DNA of 64,000 bases from Thermoanaerobaculia bacterium (GCA_036406835.1 DASXAG010000080.1:64057-128056), one strand, 5' to 3'; shown: positions 1 to 13,379, counted from the stretch's first letter. The notes: generated by a model not told the origin, from the letters alone. Made by a program: numbers and translations.

Positions 1-958
1 CGTTGACGTAGATCTCTTCCGCGTCCCAGCCGTCCGGCTCGAGGAAGATCGTGTGCTCGCTCTTGTCGGCGAACTTGACGACCTTGTCCTCGATCGACGG
101 GCAGTAGCGCGGGCCGATGCCCTGGATGCGGCCCGAGTACATCGGGCTTCGGTGCAGGTTCTCGCGGATGCGGTCGTGCACGCGAGCGTTGGTCGCGGTC
201 AGCCAGCAGACGGCCTGCCGGCGCGGCAGCGCGGCGCTCGCGGTCCGGAAGGAGAACGGGACCGGGGGCTCGTCGCCCTCCTGAACCGAGCACTGCGCAT
301 AGTCGATCGTGTCGCGATGCAAACGCGGCGGCGTGCCCGTCTTGAACCGGCCGAGGCGGAGACCGAGGCGCGCGAGCGCGGCGGAGAGGCCCTTCGCCGG
401 GGCCTCGCCGACGCGTCCGCCCTCGGTGCGGCGCTCACCGGTGTGCATCAGCCCGTTCAGGAAGGTCCCCGTCGTCACCACGACGGCGCGCGCGCGGATC
501 CGCTCGCCGCGCGCGGTGATCGCCCCGACGGCGCGCCCGCCCTCCTCGAGGAGCTCCTCGGCCATGCCCTCGAGGATCGTCAGGTTCGGCGCCGCCCGCA
601 GGCGCTCGCGGGCGAGGCGCGCGTACGCCGCGCGGTCGCACTGCGCGCGCGGTCCCCAGACCGCCGGCCCGCGCGAGCGGTTCAGGATGCGGAACTGAAT
701 GCCGGCGGCGTCGGCGAGGGACCCCATCAATCCGCCGAGCGCGTCGATCTCGCGAACGAGCTGGCCCTTGGCGAGCCCGCCGATGGCCGGGTTGCACGAC
801 ATCCTCCCGATCGCCGCGGGATCCCCCGTCAGCAGCGCCGTGGAGAGCCCGAGCCTGGCCGCGGCGTGCCCGGCCTCGATGCCGGCGTGCCCGCCGCCGA
901 TGACGAGGACGTCGTACCGCACGGCGGGATTGTCTCTCAGCGGCAGTCTACATTGCAT
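1..958 (-). CDS. mnmG: tRNA uridine 5-carboxymethylaminomethyl modification enzyme MnmG (GidA), N-terminal part; the gene runs off the left edge of the window
   Basis: Not in the ORF track because it is open at the window edge. Minus-strand translation from 922 reads [64 protein letters not shown], the FAD GxGxxG fold and MnmG signature. The start is either GTG 922 or in-frame ATG 958. Confidence 0.85.
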   Translation of the reverse strand, partial: MQCRLPLRDNPAVRYDVLVIGGGHAGIEAGHAAARLGLSTALLTGDPAAIGRMSCNPAIGGLAKGQLVREIDALGGLMGSLADAAGIQFRILNRSRGPAVWGPRAQCDRAAYARLARERLRAAPNLTILEGMAEELLEEGGRAVGAITARGERIRARAVVVTTGTFLNGLMHTGERRTEGGRVGEAPAKGLSAALARLGLRLGRFKTGTPPRLHRDTIDYAQCSVQEGDEPPVPFSFRTASAALPRRQAVCWLTATNARVHDRIRENLHRSPMYSGRIQGIGPRYCPSIEDKVVKFADKSEHTIFLEPDGWDAEEIYVN

Positions 959-988
959 CATAAAGTACTTTGCGATAGTATCGCGCGT

Positions 989-2512
989 ATGCCCGGCCGG
1001 CCGATCCGACGCGTCACGCTCATCCTTCCCGCCCTGACCGAAGCGACGAGCCCGTTCTGGCGGCCGATCAAGTATTCGCTGTTTCCGCCGCTGGGCCTCG
1101 CGACTCTCGCCGCCTACCTCGATCCGAACCTCGAGATCCGTCTCCAGGACGAGCACGTCGAGAAACTCGACCTCGACAACCGGCCCGATCTCGTGATCAT
1201 CCAGGTCTACATCACCAACGCGTACCGCGCCTACCGGATCGCGGACCATTACCGGAAGCGAGGCTCCTACGTCGTGCTGGGAGGCCTCCATGTCACGTCT
1301 CTGCCGGACGAGGCCGCGGCGCACGCCGACACGGTCTTCCTGGGACCCGGCGAGCACACGTTCCCGAGGTTCCTGCGCGATCTCGAGTCGGGAAGGCCCG
1401 AGCGCCGCTACGCATCGGCGGCCCGGACCCTCGAGGAGCTGCCGCCGATTCGCAGGGACCTCATCCGGCGGCATCTCTACCTCGTCCCCAACTCGATCGT
1501 GGTCTCGCGCGGCTGCCCTCACCACTGCGGCTTCTGCTACAAGGACGCCTTCTTCGCCGGAGGCCGCTCGTTCTACACGCAGCGCGTGGACGCGGCCCTC
1601 GCGGAGATCGCCCGGCTCCCCGGGCGCCATCTCTACTTTCTGGACGACCACCTGTTCGGGGATCCCCGCTTCGCCAGGGAGCTGTTCCGCGGCATGAGGG
1701 GAATGGGACGGATCTTTCAGGGCGCCGCGACGGTGGACTCGATCCTTCGGGACGACGTCGTCGAAGAGGCCGCTGCCGCGGGTCTGCGCAGCCTCTTCGT
1801 CGGTTTCGAGACCCTCTCCCCGGAGGGCCTCGCCGGCGCGGGCAAGCGCCAGAACCTCGGGCGAAACTACCAGGACGTCGTCCGGCGCCTCGACGATCTC
1901 GGCGTCATGATCAATGGGAGCTTCGTCTTCGGGCTGGACGGGGATGACGGCGACGTCTTCCGCCGGACCGTCGACTGGGCGATCCGCAGCGGGATCACGA
2001 CCGCGACGTTCCACATCCTGACGCCGTACCCCGGAACGGCCCTCTTCTCGGAGATGGCCTCGCAGGACCGCCTCGTGACGCGGGACTGGGACCTCTACGA
2101 CACGAGACACGTCGTCTATCGGCCCCTCGGACTCTCGCCGTCCGATCTGAAGCGCGGCTACGACTGGTCCTATCGGGAGTTCTATCGCTGGAATTCGATC
2201 TTCCGCGGCGCCTCGGCCCACCGTTCGGTGAAGCACGTCCTCAAGCACGTCGCCTACAGCGCGGGCTGGAAGAAGTTCGAGCGGGCCTGGAACCTGGTCA
2301 TCCGGATCAAGCAGCTCTCCCAGATGCGCCCGCTCCTGGAGGCCGTCCTTTCCTCCGTGGCGCGCGAGTCGGAAGGGCCCGCCGCGCGGCTACTTCCCGA
2401 TGCAGAAGCTCGCGAACACGCGCGCGAGCACGTCCTCGGACGTGGTCTCTCCGACGAGGTCGGCGAGCGCGTCGAGCGCGGTGTGGCAGTGCGTCGCGGC
2501 GTACTCGGGTGA
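989..2512 (+). CDS. B12-binding-domain radical SAM protein (class B type, DUF4070-like C-terminus)
   Basis: ATG 989 lies inside track ORF 53..2512, whose upstream part is antisense to mnmG. The N-terminal region looks like a B12-binding domain ([25 protein letters not shown]). It is followed by the CxxxCxxC cluster motif CPHHCGFC. The stop falls only at 2510-2512, inside the 3' end of mnmE on the other strand. Confidence 0.8.
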   Translation: MPGRPIRRVTLILPALTEATSPFWRPIKYSLFPPLGLATLAAYLDPNLEIRLQDEHVEKLDLDNRPDLVIIQVYITNAYRAYRIADHYRKRGSYVVLGGLHVTSLPDEAAAHADTVFLGPGEHTFPRFLRDLESGRPERRYASAARTLEELPPIRRDLIRRHLYLVPNSIVVSRGCPHHCGFCYKDAFFAGGRSFYTQRVDAALAEIARLPGRHLYFLDDHLFGDPRFARELFRGMRGMGRIFQGAATVDSILRDDVVEEAAAAGLRSLFVGFETLSPEGLAGAGKRQNLGRNYQDVVRRLDDLGVMINGSFVFGLDGDDGDVFRRTVDWAIRSGITTATFHILTPYPGTALFSEMASQDRLVTRDWDLYDTRHVVYRPLGLSPSDLKRGYDWSYREFYRWNSIFRGASAHRSVKHVLKHVAYSAGWKKFERAWNLVIRIKQLSQMRPLLEAVLSSVARESEGPAARLLPDAEAREHAREHVLGRGLSDEVGERVERGVAVRRGVLG

Positions 2513-3781
2513 GAGTCCGTCGCGCAATGCGGCGACCGTCTCCTCCGCGGCGCGGCGCGCGGCCTCGACCAGGTCCCGCTGGCGCAGCGAGCCCAGGACC
2601 TCGGAGGCCTCCTCGCCGCGAATCGACTCGGAGAGCGTCTCCGCGAGGAGCCCGCGCAGCGCCTCGCCCGCGTCGGGGGCGAGCCCGCACAGAAGCCGCG
2701 CGTCCGGCGGCAGCGCGGGGGCGCTCGCGCCGCGCCGATCGGCCTTGTTGGCGATGAGGAGGCGCGGCGTTTTCGCGGTGACGGGGATGAGCGGCTGGCC
2801 GGCGCCCGCGCCCGTGAGACGGCGCGCGTCGTCGTCGGTGAAGCCCGCGGAGGCGTCGAAGACGTACACGATCGCGTCCGCCCTCTCCGCCTCGGAATGC
2901 GCGCGCGCGACGCCGATCCGCTCGACGGGGTCCTCGCTCGCGCGCAGGCCCGCGGTGTCGATCAGAGTGACGGGGATGCCGCGCACGTCGAGCACCGCCT
3001 CGAGCGTGTCCCGGGTCGTTCCCGCGATCTCGGTCACGATGGCCCGCTCCGAGCCCACGGCCGCGTTGAAGAGGGTGGACTTCCCGACGTTGGGTGGCCC
3101 GAGGATCGCGACCCGGCAGCCCTCGGAGAGCAGCCGGCCGGTCTCCCAGGTCCCGGCGAGCCGCGCGAGATCCGCGATCGCCCCGGACAGCGCGGCCTCG
3201 ACGCCCGGCGGCACGCCCTCGCCCACGTCGTCGGAGAAGTCGATCGCCGCCGCGAGGCCCGCCGAGGCCTCGAGCAGGCGGTCGCGGACCCGGCCCGCGG
3301 CGTCGGAGAGCGATCCGGCGAGGCGCCGCGCGCCCGCGGCGGCCGCGGCGGCGGTTCTCGCCTCGATCAGGTCGCGCACGGCCTCGACGCGCAGCAGATC
3401 GAGCTTTCCCGCGCGAAACGCCCGCTCGGTGAACTCCCCCGCCCGCGCCAGCCTCGCGCCCGTCGCGCTCGCGGCGCGCAGGAGCCGCTCGACCGCCGCG
3501 GGGCTCCCGTGCACCGAGATCTCGCCGACGTCTTCCCCGGTCATCGACGCGGGCGCCGCGAAGTAGGTCAGAAGCGCCCTGTCGATCGGCGCGCCCGTCT
3601 CGTCGACGATCCCGACGAGGTACGGCCGGCGCGGCGACGGCTCGGCCGGGAGTCCCGGCGCGAGGGCCGCGAGGATCGCGAGCGTGCGCGGTCCCGAGAG
3701 ACGGACGAGCGCGATCGCCGATCGGCCCGGCGGGGTCGCGGGCGCGACGATCGTGTCGAGCAGCGCGTCGGAGGGCCGCAT
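2390..3781 (-). CDS. mnmE: tRNA modification GTPase MnmE (TrmE)
   Basis: 463-aa ORF. N-terminus DTIVAPATPPGRSAIALVRLSG, G-domain GPPNVGKSTLFN and DTAGLR, canonical C-terminal FCIGK. Confidence 0.95.
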   Translation of the reverse strand: MRPSDALLDTIVAPATPPGRSAIALVRLSGPRTLAILAALAPGLPAEPSPRRPYLVGIVDETGAPIDRALLTYFAAPASMTGEDVGEISVHGSPAAVERLLRAASATGARLARAGEFTERAFRAGKLDLLRVEAVRDLIEARTAAAAAAGARRLAGSLSDAAGRVRDRLLEASAGLAAAIDFSDDVGEGVPPGVEAALSGAIADLARLAGTWETGRLLSEGCRVAILGPPNVGKSTLFNAAVGSERAIVTEIAGTTRDTLEAVLDVRGIPVTLIDTAGLRASEDPVERIGVARAHSEAERADAIVYVFDASAGFTDDDARRLTGAGAGQPLIPVTAKTPRLLIANKADRRGASAPALPPDARLLCGLAPDAGEALRGLLAETLSESIRGEEASEVLGSLRQRDLVEAARRAAEETVAALRDGLSPEYAATHCHTALDALADLVGETTSEDVLARVFASFCIGK

Positions 3782-3797
3782 GGGTGCACGCGGCCTC

Positions 3798-4562
3798 TCA
3801 GCGGCTCTTGAGGCGGACCTCCACGCGTTTGAGGAAACCGTCGCCCTCGCTCTCCGTCTCGACCTCGGGATCCTCGGCGAGCGCGAGGTGCACGAGGCGC
3901 CGCTCCCACGGCGAGAGGGGCGGCAGCAGCTGCGGGCGCCGGGTGCGGCGGACCTCGGCCGCGGACTGCGCGGCCAGGTCCTCGAGCGCGCCCTTGCGCT
4001 GCGCGCGGAATCCCTCGGCGTCGAGCCGCGGGTGGACGGGTTGGCCCAGGCGCTTCGAGGCGATCCGGCCGACGAGGACCTCGAGGCCCGTGAGCCCCTC
4101 GCCCTGGTTGGCGAGCAGCGGCTCGGCGTCGTCGCCGATGAGCTCGAAGAGGATCTCGTCGCCGGCGGCGTCGCGGCGCCGGATCTCGAGGAGGAGTCCC
4201 GCCGCGGAGAGGAGCTCCGTCAGCGTGGATTCGACGGCCGCGACGGCCTCGGGCCCCGTGGCGGCCGGAAGGTCGCGCGCGGGAGCGCCCGTGCGCGCGG
4301 ATGCCGCGGACCGGGACGGGGAATCCGAGTCGACGTAGACCGGGATCTGCGGCTCCGTGATCGCATCGGGATCGGCGTCGCGCCGGGACGGCGCCTCTCG
4401 CCGCTCGGCCGGCGCTCCCTCGACCTCGATCTCGACCACCCGTCCGCCCCAGAACGACTTCTCATCGCGCACCACGTGGTAGCGCAGCTCCTGGGCCGGC
4501 CGTCCGAGCGAGCGGGCGGCCTCTTCGACGGCGTCCTGTTCCGACTTTCCTTCGTATCGCAT
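3798..4562 (-). CDS. jag: Jag/KhpB-type RNA-binding protein (Jag_N, KH and R3H architecture)
   Basis: 254-aa ORF starting MRYEGKSEQDAVEEAARSLG (Jag N-domain pattern). It sits in the conserved position between yidC and mnmE. Confidence 0.8.
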   Translation of the reverse strand: MRYEGKSEQDAVEEAARSLGRPAQELRYHVVRDEKSFWGGRVVEIEVEGAPAERREAPSRRDADPDAITEPQIPVYVDSDSPSRSAASARTGAPARDLPAATGPEAVAAVESTLTELLSAAGLLLEIRRRDAAGDEILFELIGDDAEPLLANQGEGLTGLEVLVGRIASKRLGQPVHPRLDAEGFRAQRKGALEDLAAQSAAEVRRTRRPQLLPPLSPWERRLVHLALAEDPEVETESEGDGFLKRVEVRLKSR

Positions 4563-4578
4563 CGTTTCTTCCTTCGAC

Positions 4579-6228
4579 TCAGGCGCGAGCCTGCTTGAGA
4601 GCCTTGGCGCCGCCTCCGGAGGGAGGCGCGGGATCCTCCTTGACGAGCCGGTTCATCACGAGCTGCTGGACGATCGTCAGGACGTTCGAGAACAGCCAGT
4701 ACAGGACGAGCCCCGAGGGCATGTCCTTCAGGAAGAACGCCCACAGGATCGGCATGAACATGAAGACCTTCTTCTGGGCGGGGTCCATCGTCGACGGCGT
4801 CATGGCCTGCTGGACGTACATCGACACGATCATCAGGATGACGAGCACGTAGCTGCCGTCCATCGCCGAGAGGTCCTTGATCCACAGGAAGAACGGCGCG
4901 TGCCGCAGCTCGATCGTCTTCGAGAGCACGTTGTAGAAGGCGACGAGGATCGGCAGCTGCAGGAGCACCGGGAAGCAGCCGCTCATCGGGTTGTAGCCCT
5001 CGCTCTGGTAGAGCGCCATCAGCTCCGTGTTCATCTTCTGGCGCTGCGCGGCGTCGGTCTTCGCCTTCTTGTACTTGTCCCGGATCGCGTTCATCTTCGG
5101 CGCGAGCTTCTGCATCTTCTTCATCGACGTGTAGCTCTTCGCGGTCAGCGGGAAGAGGAGCAGGCGGATGAGGAAGGTCACGACGAGGATCGCGACGCCC
5201 CAGTTGTGCACGATCGCGTAGCTCTGCTTCATCATCCAGAGCAGCGGGCGCGCCAGGATCCCGTACCAGCCGAAGTCGACGGTGCGCTCGAGACCGAGTC
5301 CGTAGCTCTCCAGGATCGACACGTCCTTGGGCCCGAAGAAGGCGCGCGCGTCGAGGGTGCCCTGCCCCGAGATGCCCGTGGCGATCTCGACCGCGGGCTT
5401 CCCCTCCGGGCGCGGCAGGCTGAAGGTCAGGACGTTCGCCGTCGACGCGGCGCGCGGCAGGAAGACTTCCAGGAAGTAGTTGTCCTCCACGCCGGCGAAG
5501 CCTCCCGCGAGCAGCGGCCAGGCCGCCGCCTGCGCCTTCTCGGGACGCATGACCTTCATCCCGTCGGCCGACGCGGCCACGGCGGACGCCGGCATCACGT
5601 AGCGCGAGGCGCGCTCGGTCTCGGTCGGGTTGCCGAGTCCGGGACCGGCCAGGAGCTGAAAGGCGCCCGGCTGCCCGGATACGCCGACCTTGACGTCGAA
5701 GAGATACCCGCCCTGGATGGCGATCTCCTTGGTGACCGCGATCTTCCCGTCGGCGTAGCGGAACCGGACCCGCTTGTCCGAGTCGCGCTCGACCACGAAG
5801 AGCGCGTTCGCGACGCGCCTGGTGGTCTCCGCGTCCTTGCCGAAATCGAGCCCGAACGGCCGCGGCAGCTCCGGCGGAAGCGTGCGGATGAGCTCGAGCG
5901 GCCGCTTCTGCTCGTCCGTGTAGTGCGTCAGCACGAAGGACTGGAGCGCGGCGCCGCGATTCGAGAAGCGGGCCCGGAAGACGTCGTTCTCGAGCGTGAC
6001 CGCCGTCTCCTCGGCGGCGCTCTCGGGCGCGGCGGCGGCCGCGGGAGGCGCCGGCTCCGGGGCGGCCCCGGCCGATGCCGCGGCGGATGCGGTGGGAGCG
6101 GCGGCGGCCGCCTGTCCCGACGCGGGCCGCGGCGGCGGAACCGGCCGCGGAGGCTTCGGGACGGCCCACTCCCAGAACATCAGGACGGCGAGCGAGAGCG
6201 CGGCCGCGAGGAGGAGGCGCTTTTCCAT
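4579..6228 (-). CDS. yidC: membrane protein insertase YidC
   Basis: Track ORF 4579..6375. The likely start is the internal ATG at 6228 (MEKRLLLAAALSLAVLMFWEW signal-anchor). It has a large periplasmic domain and then the conserved 60-kDa insertase core (GVAILVVTFLIRLLLFPLT, GCFPVLLQLPILVAFY). Confidence 0.9.
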   Translation of the reverse strand: MEKRLLLAAALSLAVLMFWEWAVPKPPRPVPPPRPASGQAAAAAPTASAAASAGAAPEPAPPAAAAAPESAAEETAVTLENDVFRARFSNRGAALQSFVLTHYTDEQKRPLELIRTLPPELPRPFGLDFGKDAETTRRVANALFVVERDSDKRVRFRYADGKIAVTKEIAIQGGYLFDVKVGVSGQPGAFQLLAGPGLGNPTETERASRYVMPASAVAASADGMKVMRPEKAQAAAWPLLAGGFAGVEDNYFLEVFLPRAASTANVLTFSLPRPEGKPAVEIATGISGQGTLDARAFFGPKDVSILESYGLGLERTVDFGWYGILARPLLWMMKQSYAIVHNWGVAILVVTFLIRLLLFPLTAKSYTSMKKMQKLAPKMNAIRDKYKKAKTDAAQRQKMNTELMALYQSEGYNPMSGCFPVLLQLPILVAFYNVLSKTIELRHAPFFLWIKDLSAMDGSYVLVILMIVSMYVQQAMTPSTMDPAQKKVFMFMPILWAFFLKDMPSGLVLYWLFSNVLTIVQQLVMNRLVKEDPAPPSGGGAKALKQARA

Positions 6229-6251
6229 GGGTTTCGGCGACCTCTCGGCGC

Positions 6252-6470
6252 TCAGGGCACCGGGTCGAAGCCTCCCCGGTGAAACGGGTGGCAACGGCAG
6301 AGGCGCTTGACGGCGAGCCATCCGCCGCGGGCGAGCCCGTGCTTCGCGATGGCGCCCGAGGCGTACACCGAGCACGTCGGCTCGAAGCGGCAGGCCCGGG
6401 GAAGGAGCGGCGAGATCCAGCGCTTGTAGCCCGACAGCAGCGCGACGGCCGCTCGGGCGGGCCAGCTCAT
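6252..6470 (-). CDS. yidD: membrane protein insertion efficiency factor YidD
   Basis: The last 72 aa of track ORF 6252..6770 read [37 protein letters not shown]...[13 protein letters not shown], the YidD signature. ATGA overlap with the rnpA stop. Confidence 0.85.
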   Translation of the reverse strand: MSWPARAAVALLSGYKRWISPLLPRACRFEPTCSVYASGAIAKHGLARGGWLAVKRLCRCHPFHRGGFDPVP

Positions 6471-6844
6471 CGCCGAGGCGGACGCAGGGCCCTCGAGACC
6501 GCGCGGGAGTAGTCCTCCGAGAGCTCCCGGAAGGACGCCGAGGCCGCCGACGGCCGCGCGTTCACGACGAGCGCCCCGCGACAATCGCCGAGCAGCGCGC
6601 GCGAGCGGCGGAAGATCTCCCGCAGTCGCCGGCGGACCCGATTGCGCGCCACGGCGTTGCCGACCCTTCGCGGCACCGAGATCCCCAGGCGCGCCCGCTC
6701 TCGCGAAGGCTCGGCGAGAAGGAAGACCTGGACGTGTCGACCGGAAACGCGCACTCCGGAGGCGTAGCACTCTTCGAATTCCCTGCGTTTTCGGAGGCGA
6801 TCGTCCCGGGAGAATTTCTCGGAGACGACCGGGCTCGAGTTCAC
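6467..6844 (-). CDS. rnpA: ribonuclease P protein component RnpA
   Basis: C-terminal 125 aa of track ORF 6467..7027, a basic protein containing [10 protein letters not shown] and [15 protein letters not shown]. Proposed GTG start at 6844 overlaps the rpmH stop (GTGA). The start is less certain than the gene call. Confidence 0.8.
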   Translation of the reverse strand: MNSSPVVSEKFSRDDRLRKRREFEECYASGVRVSGRHVQVFLLAEPSRERARLGISVPRRVGNAVARNRVRRRLREIFRRSRALLGDCRGALVVNARPSAASASFRELSEDYSRAVSRALRPPRR

Positions 6845-6975
6845 ACCGTGAGCTTTTTGCGACCCTTGCGCCGGCGCGCGGAAAGGACGGCGCGCCCCGA
6901 ACGCGTCCGCATGCGGACCAGGAAGCCGTGGGTGCGCTTGCGGCGCCGGTTGTTGGGCTGATAGGTGCGCTTCAT
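6841..6975 (-). CDS. rpmH: 50S ribosomal protein L34
   Basis: Too short for the ORF track. Minus-strand translation gives [44 protein letters not shown] (44 aa), an unmistakable L34. Confidence 0.92.
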   Translation of the reverse strand: MKRTYQPNNRRRKRTHGFLVRMRTRSGRAVLSARRRKGRKKLTV

Positions 6976-7064
6976 AAAGAGGGCGAAGAGTAAGGGCGAG
7001 GGGGCGAGAAGTCAAGGAATCAGCCATCGGCTCGACCGAACGCTATATACTCCCCGCCCCCGGG

Positions 7065-7105
7065 CTTCCACACGAGCTTCCACAGCTGTGGAAATTCTGT
7101 GGAAA
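7065..7105. promoter_or_regulatory. cluster of four DnaA-box-like 9-mers upstream of dnaA
   Basis: CTTCCACAC 7065-7073, CTTCCACAG 7077-7085, CTGTGGAAA 7086-7094 and CTGTGGAAA 7097-7105. The middle pair forms the palindrome TTCCACAGCTGTGGAA. The cluster lies 16 nt before the dnaA ATG. Confidence 0.6.
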
Positions 7106-7120
7106 ACCGGCGGACCGCGA

Positions 7121-8443
7121 ATGACGGAGATCTGGAGCGCGATCCTCAAGCGGCTCGAGGGCAAGCTCGACTCGAAGGAGCTGAAGACCTGGTTCGGCCC
7201 CACGCGCCAGGTCCAGTTCGAGGCACAGTCGGGAGCGGGAGTCCTCCACGTCTCGGTTCCCTCGCGCGTCTTCGCGGACTGGATCGAGAGCAAGCACGGC
7301 GATCTGCTCGCGAAGGAAGCGGACGCCTCGGGCTTCCCCGGCCTGCAGCTGCGCTTCGAGCCCGAGCAGCTCGAAACGCCCGCCGCCCCGCCGGGCCTCG
7401 AGGTCTCCCCCAACACCTCCTCGCGCGATTCGGTCACGAGCCCGCGCTTCACGTTCGAGAACTTCGTCGTCGGATCCTCGAACCAGTTCGCGCACGCGGC
7501 CGCGCGCGCGGTCGCGGAGTCGCCGTCGCGCTCCTACAACCCGCTCTTCCTCTACGGCGGCGTCGGCCTGGGCAAGACGCACCTCATGCACGCGATCGCG
7601 CAGGAGATCCTCCGCCGCTCGCCGCAGACGCGGGTCCTGTACCTCTCGGCCGAGCGTTTCCTGAACGATCTGATCAACGCGCTGCGCTTCGAGCGCATGC
7701 ACGAGTTCAAGCGCCGCTACCGCGAGCTCGACGTGCTCCTCATGGACGACGTGCAGTTCATCGCGGGCAAGGACTCGACGCAGGAGGAGTTCTTCCACAC
7801 CTTCAACGCGCTGCACGACGCCCAGAAGCAGATCGTGGTGACCTCGGACGCGCTGCCGAAGGAGATCCCCACGCTCGAGGAGCGGCTGCGGTCGCGGTTC
7901 GAGTGGGGACTCATCGCCGACATCCAGCCGCCCGACCTCGAGATGAAGGTCGCGATCATCCGCAAGAAGGCCGCGGCCGAGAAGATGGAGGTCCCCAACG
8001 ACGTGGCCCTCTTCATCGCCGGGACCGTCAAGAGCAACGTCCGGGAGCTCGAGGGGAGGCTCAACCGGGTCATGGCCTTCTCCTCGCTGACCGGCCGGCC
8101 CCTCTCGGTCGAGCTCGCCCGGGAGACCCTCAAGGACATCGTCGGGACCGAGGAGCACCGGGCGGTCCCCTCCGAGATCCTGAAGGCGGTCGCCTCCCAC
8201 TACGGGCTCCGGGTCTCGGACATGAAGGCCCGGTCCAACGCCAAGCCGGTCGCCTTTCCCCGCCAGGTGGCGATGTACCTCTGCCGGAAGCTGACGGACC
8301 TCTCCTACCCGGACATCGGGAGGCTCTTCAACGACAAGCACCACTCGACGGTCATGCACTCGGTCGAGAAGATCGGCCGGATGATCGAGGACGACGCCGA
8401 TTTCCGCAGGGTCGTCGAGGGCTTCATGCAGCCCTACCGTTGA
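7121..8443 (+). CDS. dnaA: chromosomal replication initiator protein DnaA
   Basis: Internal ATG 7121 of track ORF 6965..8443 (MTEIWSAILKRLEGKL). Walker A GGVGLGKTHLMHA, and DnaA signature helix HSTVMHSVEKI near the C-terminus. Confidence 0.95.
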   Translation: MTEIWSAILKRLEGKLDSKELKTWFGPTRQVQFEAQSGAGVLHVSVPSRVFADWIESKHGDLLAKEADASGFPGLQLRFEPEQLETPAAPPGLEVSPNTSSRDSVTSPRFTFENFVVGSSNQFAHAAARAVAESPSRSYNPLFLYGGVGLGKTHLMHAIAQEILRRSPQTRVLYLSAERFLNDLINALRFERMHEFKRRYRELDVLLMDDVQFIAGKDSTQEEFFHTFNALHDAQKQIVVTSDALPKEIPTLEERLRSRFEWGLIADIQPPDLEMKVAIIRKKAAAEKMEVPNDVALFIAGTVKSNVRELEGRLNRVMAFSSLTGRPLSVELARETLKDIVGTEEHRAVPSEILKAVASHYGLRVSDMKARSNAKPVAFPRQVAMYLCRKLTDLSYPDIGRLFNDKHHSTVMHSVEKIGRMIEDDADFRRVVEGFMQPYR

Positions 8444-8481
8444 CGCGCCGCGTCGGGCTCCGGATTTTTCCGCGACGGCGT

Positions 8482-8665
8482 TTTCCACACCGAATTTCGC
8501 GACGCGCGCGTGTGAGAGTTCTGTGGAGAGCGCCGGAATCCTTCCACAGGACCGACCCTCGTTTTGACCCCATTTTTATTGGGTTTTTTGGGCCTCCTCG
8601 ATTTTGGAACGCCCCTACGATTACGGTTAAATGTGATAGACTTTTTTCTCTTTCCGGAGGTGGGT
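8482..8665. promoter_or_regulatory. candidate oriC module: three DnaA-box-like sites plus an AT-rich unwinding patch in the dnaA-dnaN spacer
   Basis: TTTCCACAC 8482-8490, CTGTGGAGA 8521-8529 and CTTCCACAG 8541-8549. From about 8561 to 8665 there is a locally AT-rich stretch (CATTTTTATTGGGTTTTTTGG, GGTTAAATGTGATAGACTTTTTTCTCTTT), unusual for this GC-rich sequence. Confidence 0.55.
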
Positions 8666-8672
8666 TTTTCCC

Positions 8673-9785
8673 ATGGAATTGACCGTCAAAAGGGGCGATT
8701 TCTTGAATGAGCTCACGCTCATGCAGGGAGTCGTGGAGAGGAAGAACACGATTCCGATCCTCTCCAACATCCTGCTCAAGGCGGCCGACGGTCACCTGAG
8801 CTTCACCTCGACCGACCTCGACCTCACCCTGCTCTCCCAGACGGAGGCGAAGGTCTCCCGCAGCGGGAGCGTGACGGTCCCGGCGCGGAAACTCTTCGAC
8901 CTGATCCGCAACCTGCCGGAGGCCGAGGTCTCCCTGAAGCTCATGGACAACCACTACCTCGGGGTGACCTGCGAGCGCTCCAAGTTCCGGCTCGTGGCGC
9001 AGCCCGCCGAGGACTTCCCGACGGTCCCGAAGGTTGACGCGAAGAAGGGAGTCTCCTTCCCGCTCGACCTGTGGAAGCGATTGACTCGTAAGGTCTTGTA
9101 CGCCGTGTCTGCCGAGGAGACCCGCTTCCAGCTGATGGGTGTTCTCCTGAAGGACAAGGGCAAGGAGTTCGAGCTCGTCGCGACGGACGGGCACCGGCTC
9201 GCCCTCATCAATTTCCCCAAGGAGGACCCCAAGGCGACGCTTCCGAACGTGCTGATCCCGAAGAAGGCCCTCGCCGAGATCCTCAAGATGGACGGCGGCT
9301 CCGACACGCGTGTCGAGATCCGCCACTCCGAGAATCATCTGCTCTTCACGGTCGGCAACCGGCAGCTGATCGCGCGGCTGCTCGACGTGAATTTCCCGGA
9401 CTACGAAAAGATCCTCGCGAAGTCGAACGACCGCGCCGCGATGGTCGCGACGTCGGCGTGCCAGGCGGCGATCCGCCGCGTCGCGTTGTTCTCCTCGGAG
9501 CGCTCGCGCGGTGTGAAGCTGACCTTCGAGAAGGATTCCCTCACGGTCGCCTCCGCGAGCCAGGAGCTCGGCGAGGGCACCGAGACTCTCGACGCGAATT
9601 TTTCGGGCGAGCCGCTCTCGATCGGATTGAACGCGCAATACCTGCTGGATTTTCTCGAGGAAGCCGAGTCGCAGAACGTGAGGATGGACCTGAAGGACGA
9701 GAACACTCAATGCCTGTGCCAGCCGGAAGGCGGCATCGAGGGAGCCTCTCGTTACACGTACGTCGTCATGCCGATGCGCCTCTGA
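8673..9785 (+). CDS. dnaN: DNA polymerase III beta sliding clamp
   Basis: 370-aa ORF starting MELTVKRGDFLNELTLMQGVVERKNTIPILSNILL. Position directly after dnaA. Confidence 0.95.
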   Translation: MELTVKRGDFLNELTLMQGVVERKNTIPILSNILLKAADGHLSFTSTDLDLTLLSQTEAKVSRSGSVTVPARKLFDLIRNLPEAEVSLKLMDNHYLGVTCERSKFRLVAQPAEDFPTVPKVDAKKGVSFPLDLWKRLTRKVLYAVSAEETRFQLMGVLLKDKGKEFELVATDGHRLALINFPKEDPKATLPNVLIPKKALAEILKMDGGSDTRVEIRHSENHLLFTVGNRQLIARLLDVNFPDYEKILAKSNDRAAMVATSACQAAIRRVALFSSERSRGVKLTFEKDSLTVASASQELGEGTETLDANFSGEPLSIGLNAQYLLDFLEEAESQNVRMDLKDENTQCLCQPEGGIEGASRYTYVVMPMRL

Positions 9786-9793
9786 TTTTCAAG

Positions 9794-13379
<3,586 letters not shown>

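Noticed and set aside
53-988. N-terminal 312 codons of track ORF 53-2512, and similar long 5' extensions of track ORFs 4579-6375, 6965-8443, 9458-10936, 20691-21929, 27680-30040, 32939-34912, 33880-36918, 35907-37400, 43575-46805, 53773-55827, 56482-59265 and 59288-61960
   Set aside because: These extensions overlap neighbouring real genes on the same or opposite strand and lack homology-like motifs. Internal ATG/GTG/TTG starts give canonical N-termini, often with ATGA/GTGA coupling to the upstream stop. The ORF finder simply runs to the farthest upstream start because stops are rare in GC-rich DNA.
8599-8609. The 11-mer TCGATTTTGGA shared between the oriC AT-rich patch and the 63.55-kb heptad array, as evidence for a common DNA-binding protein
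   Set aside because: There is only a single shared 11-mer between two AT-rich patches. Without genome-wide counts this cannot be distinguished from chance. It is mentioned only as a note inside the heptad finding.
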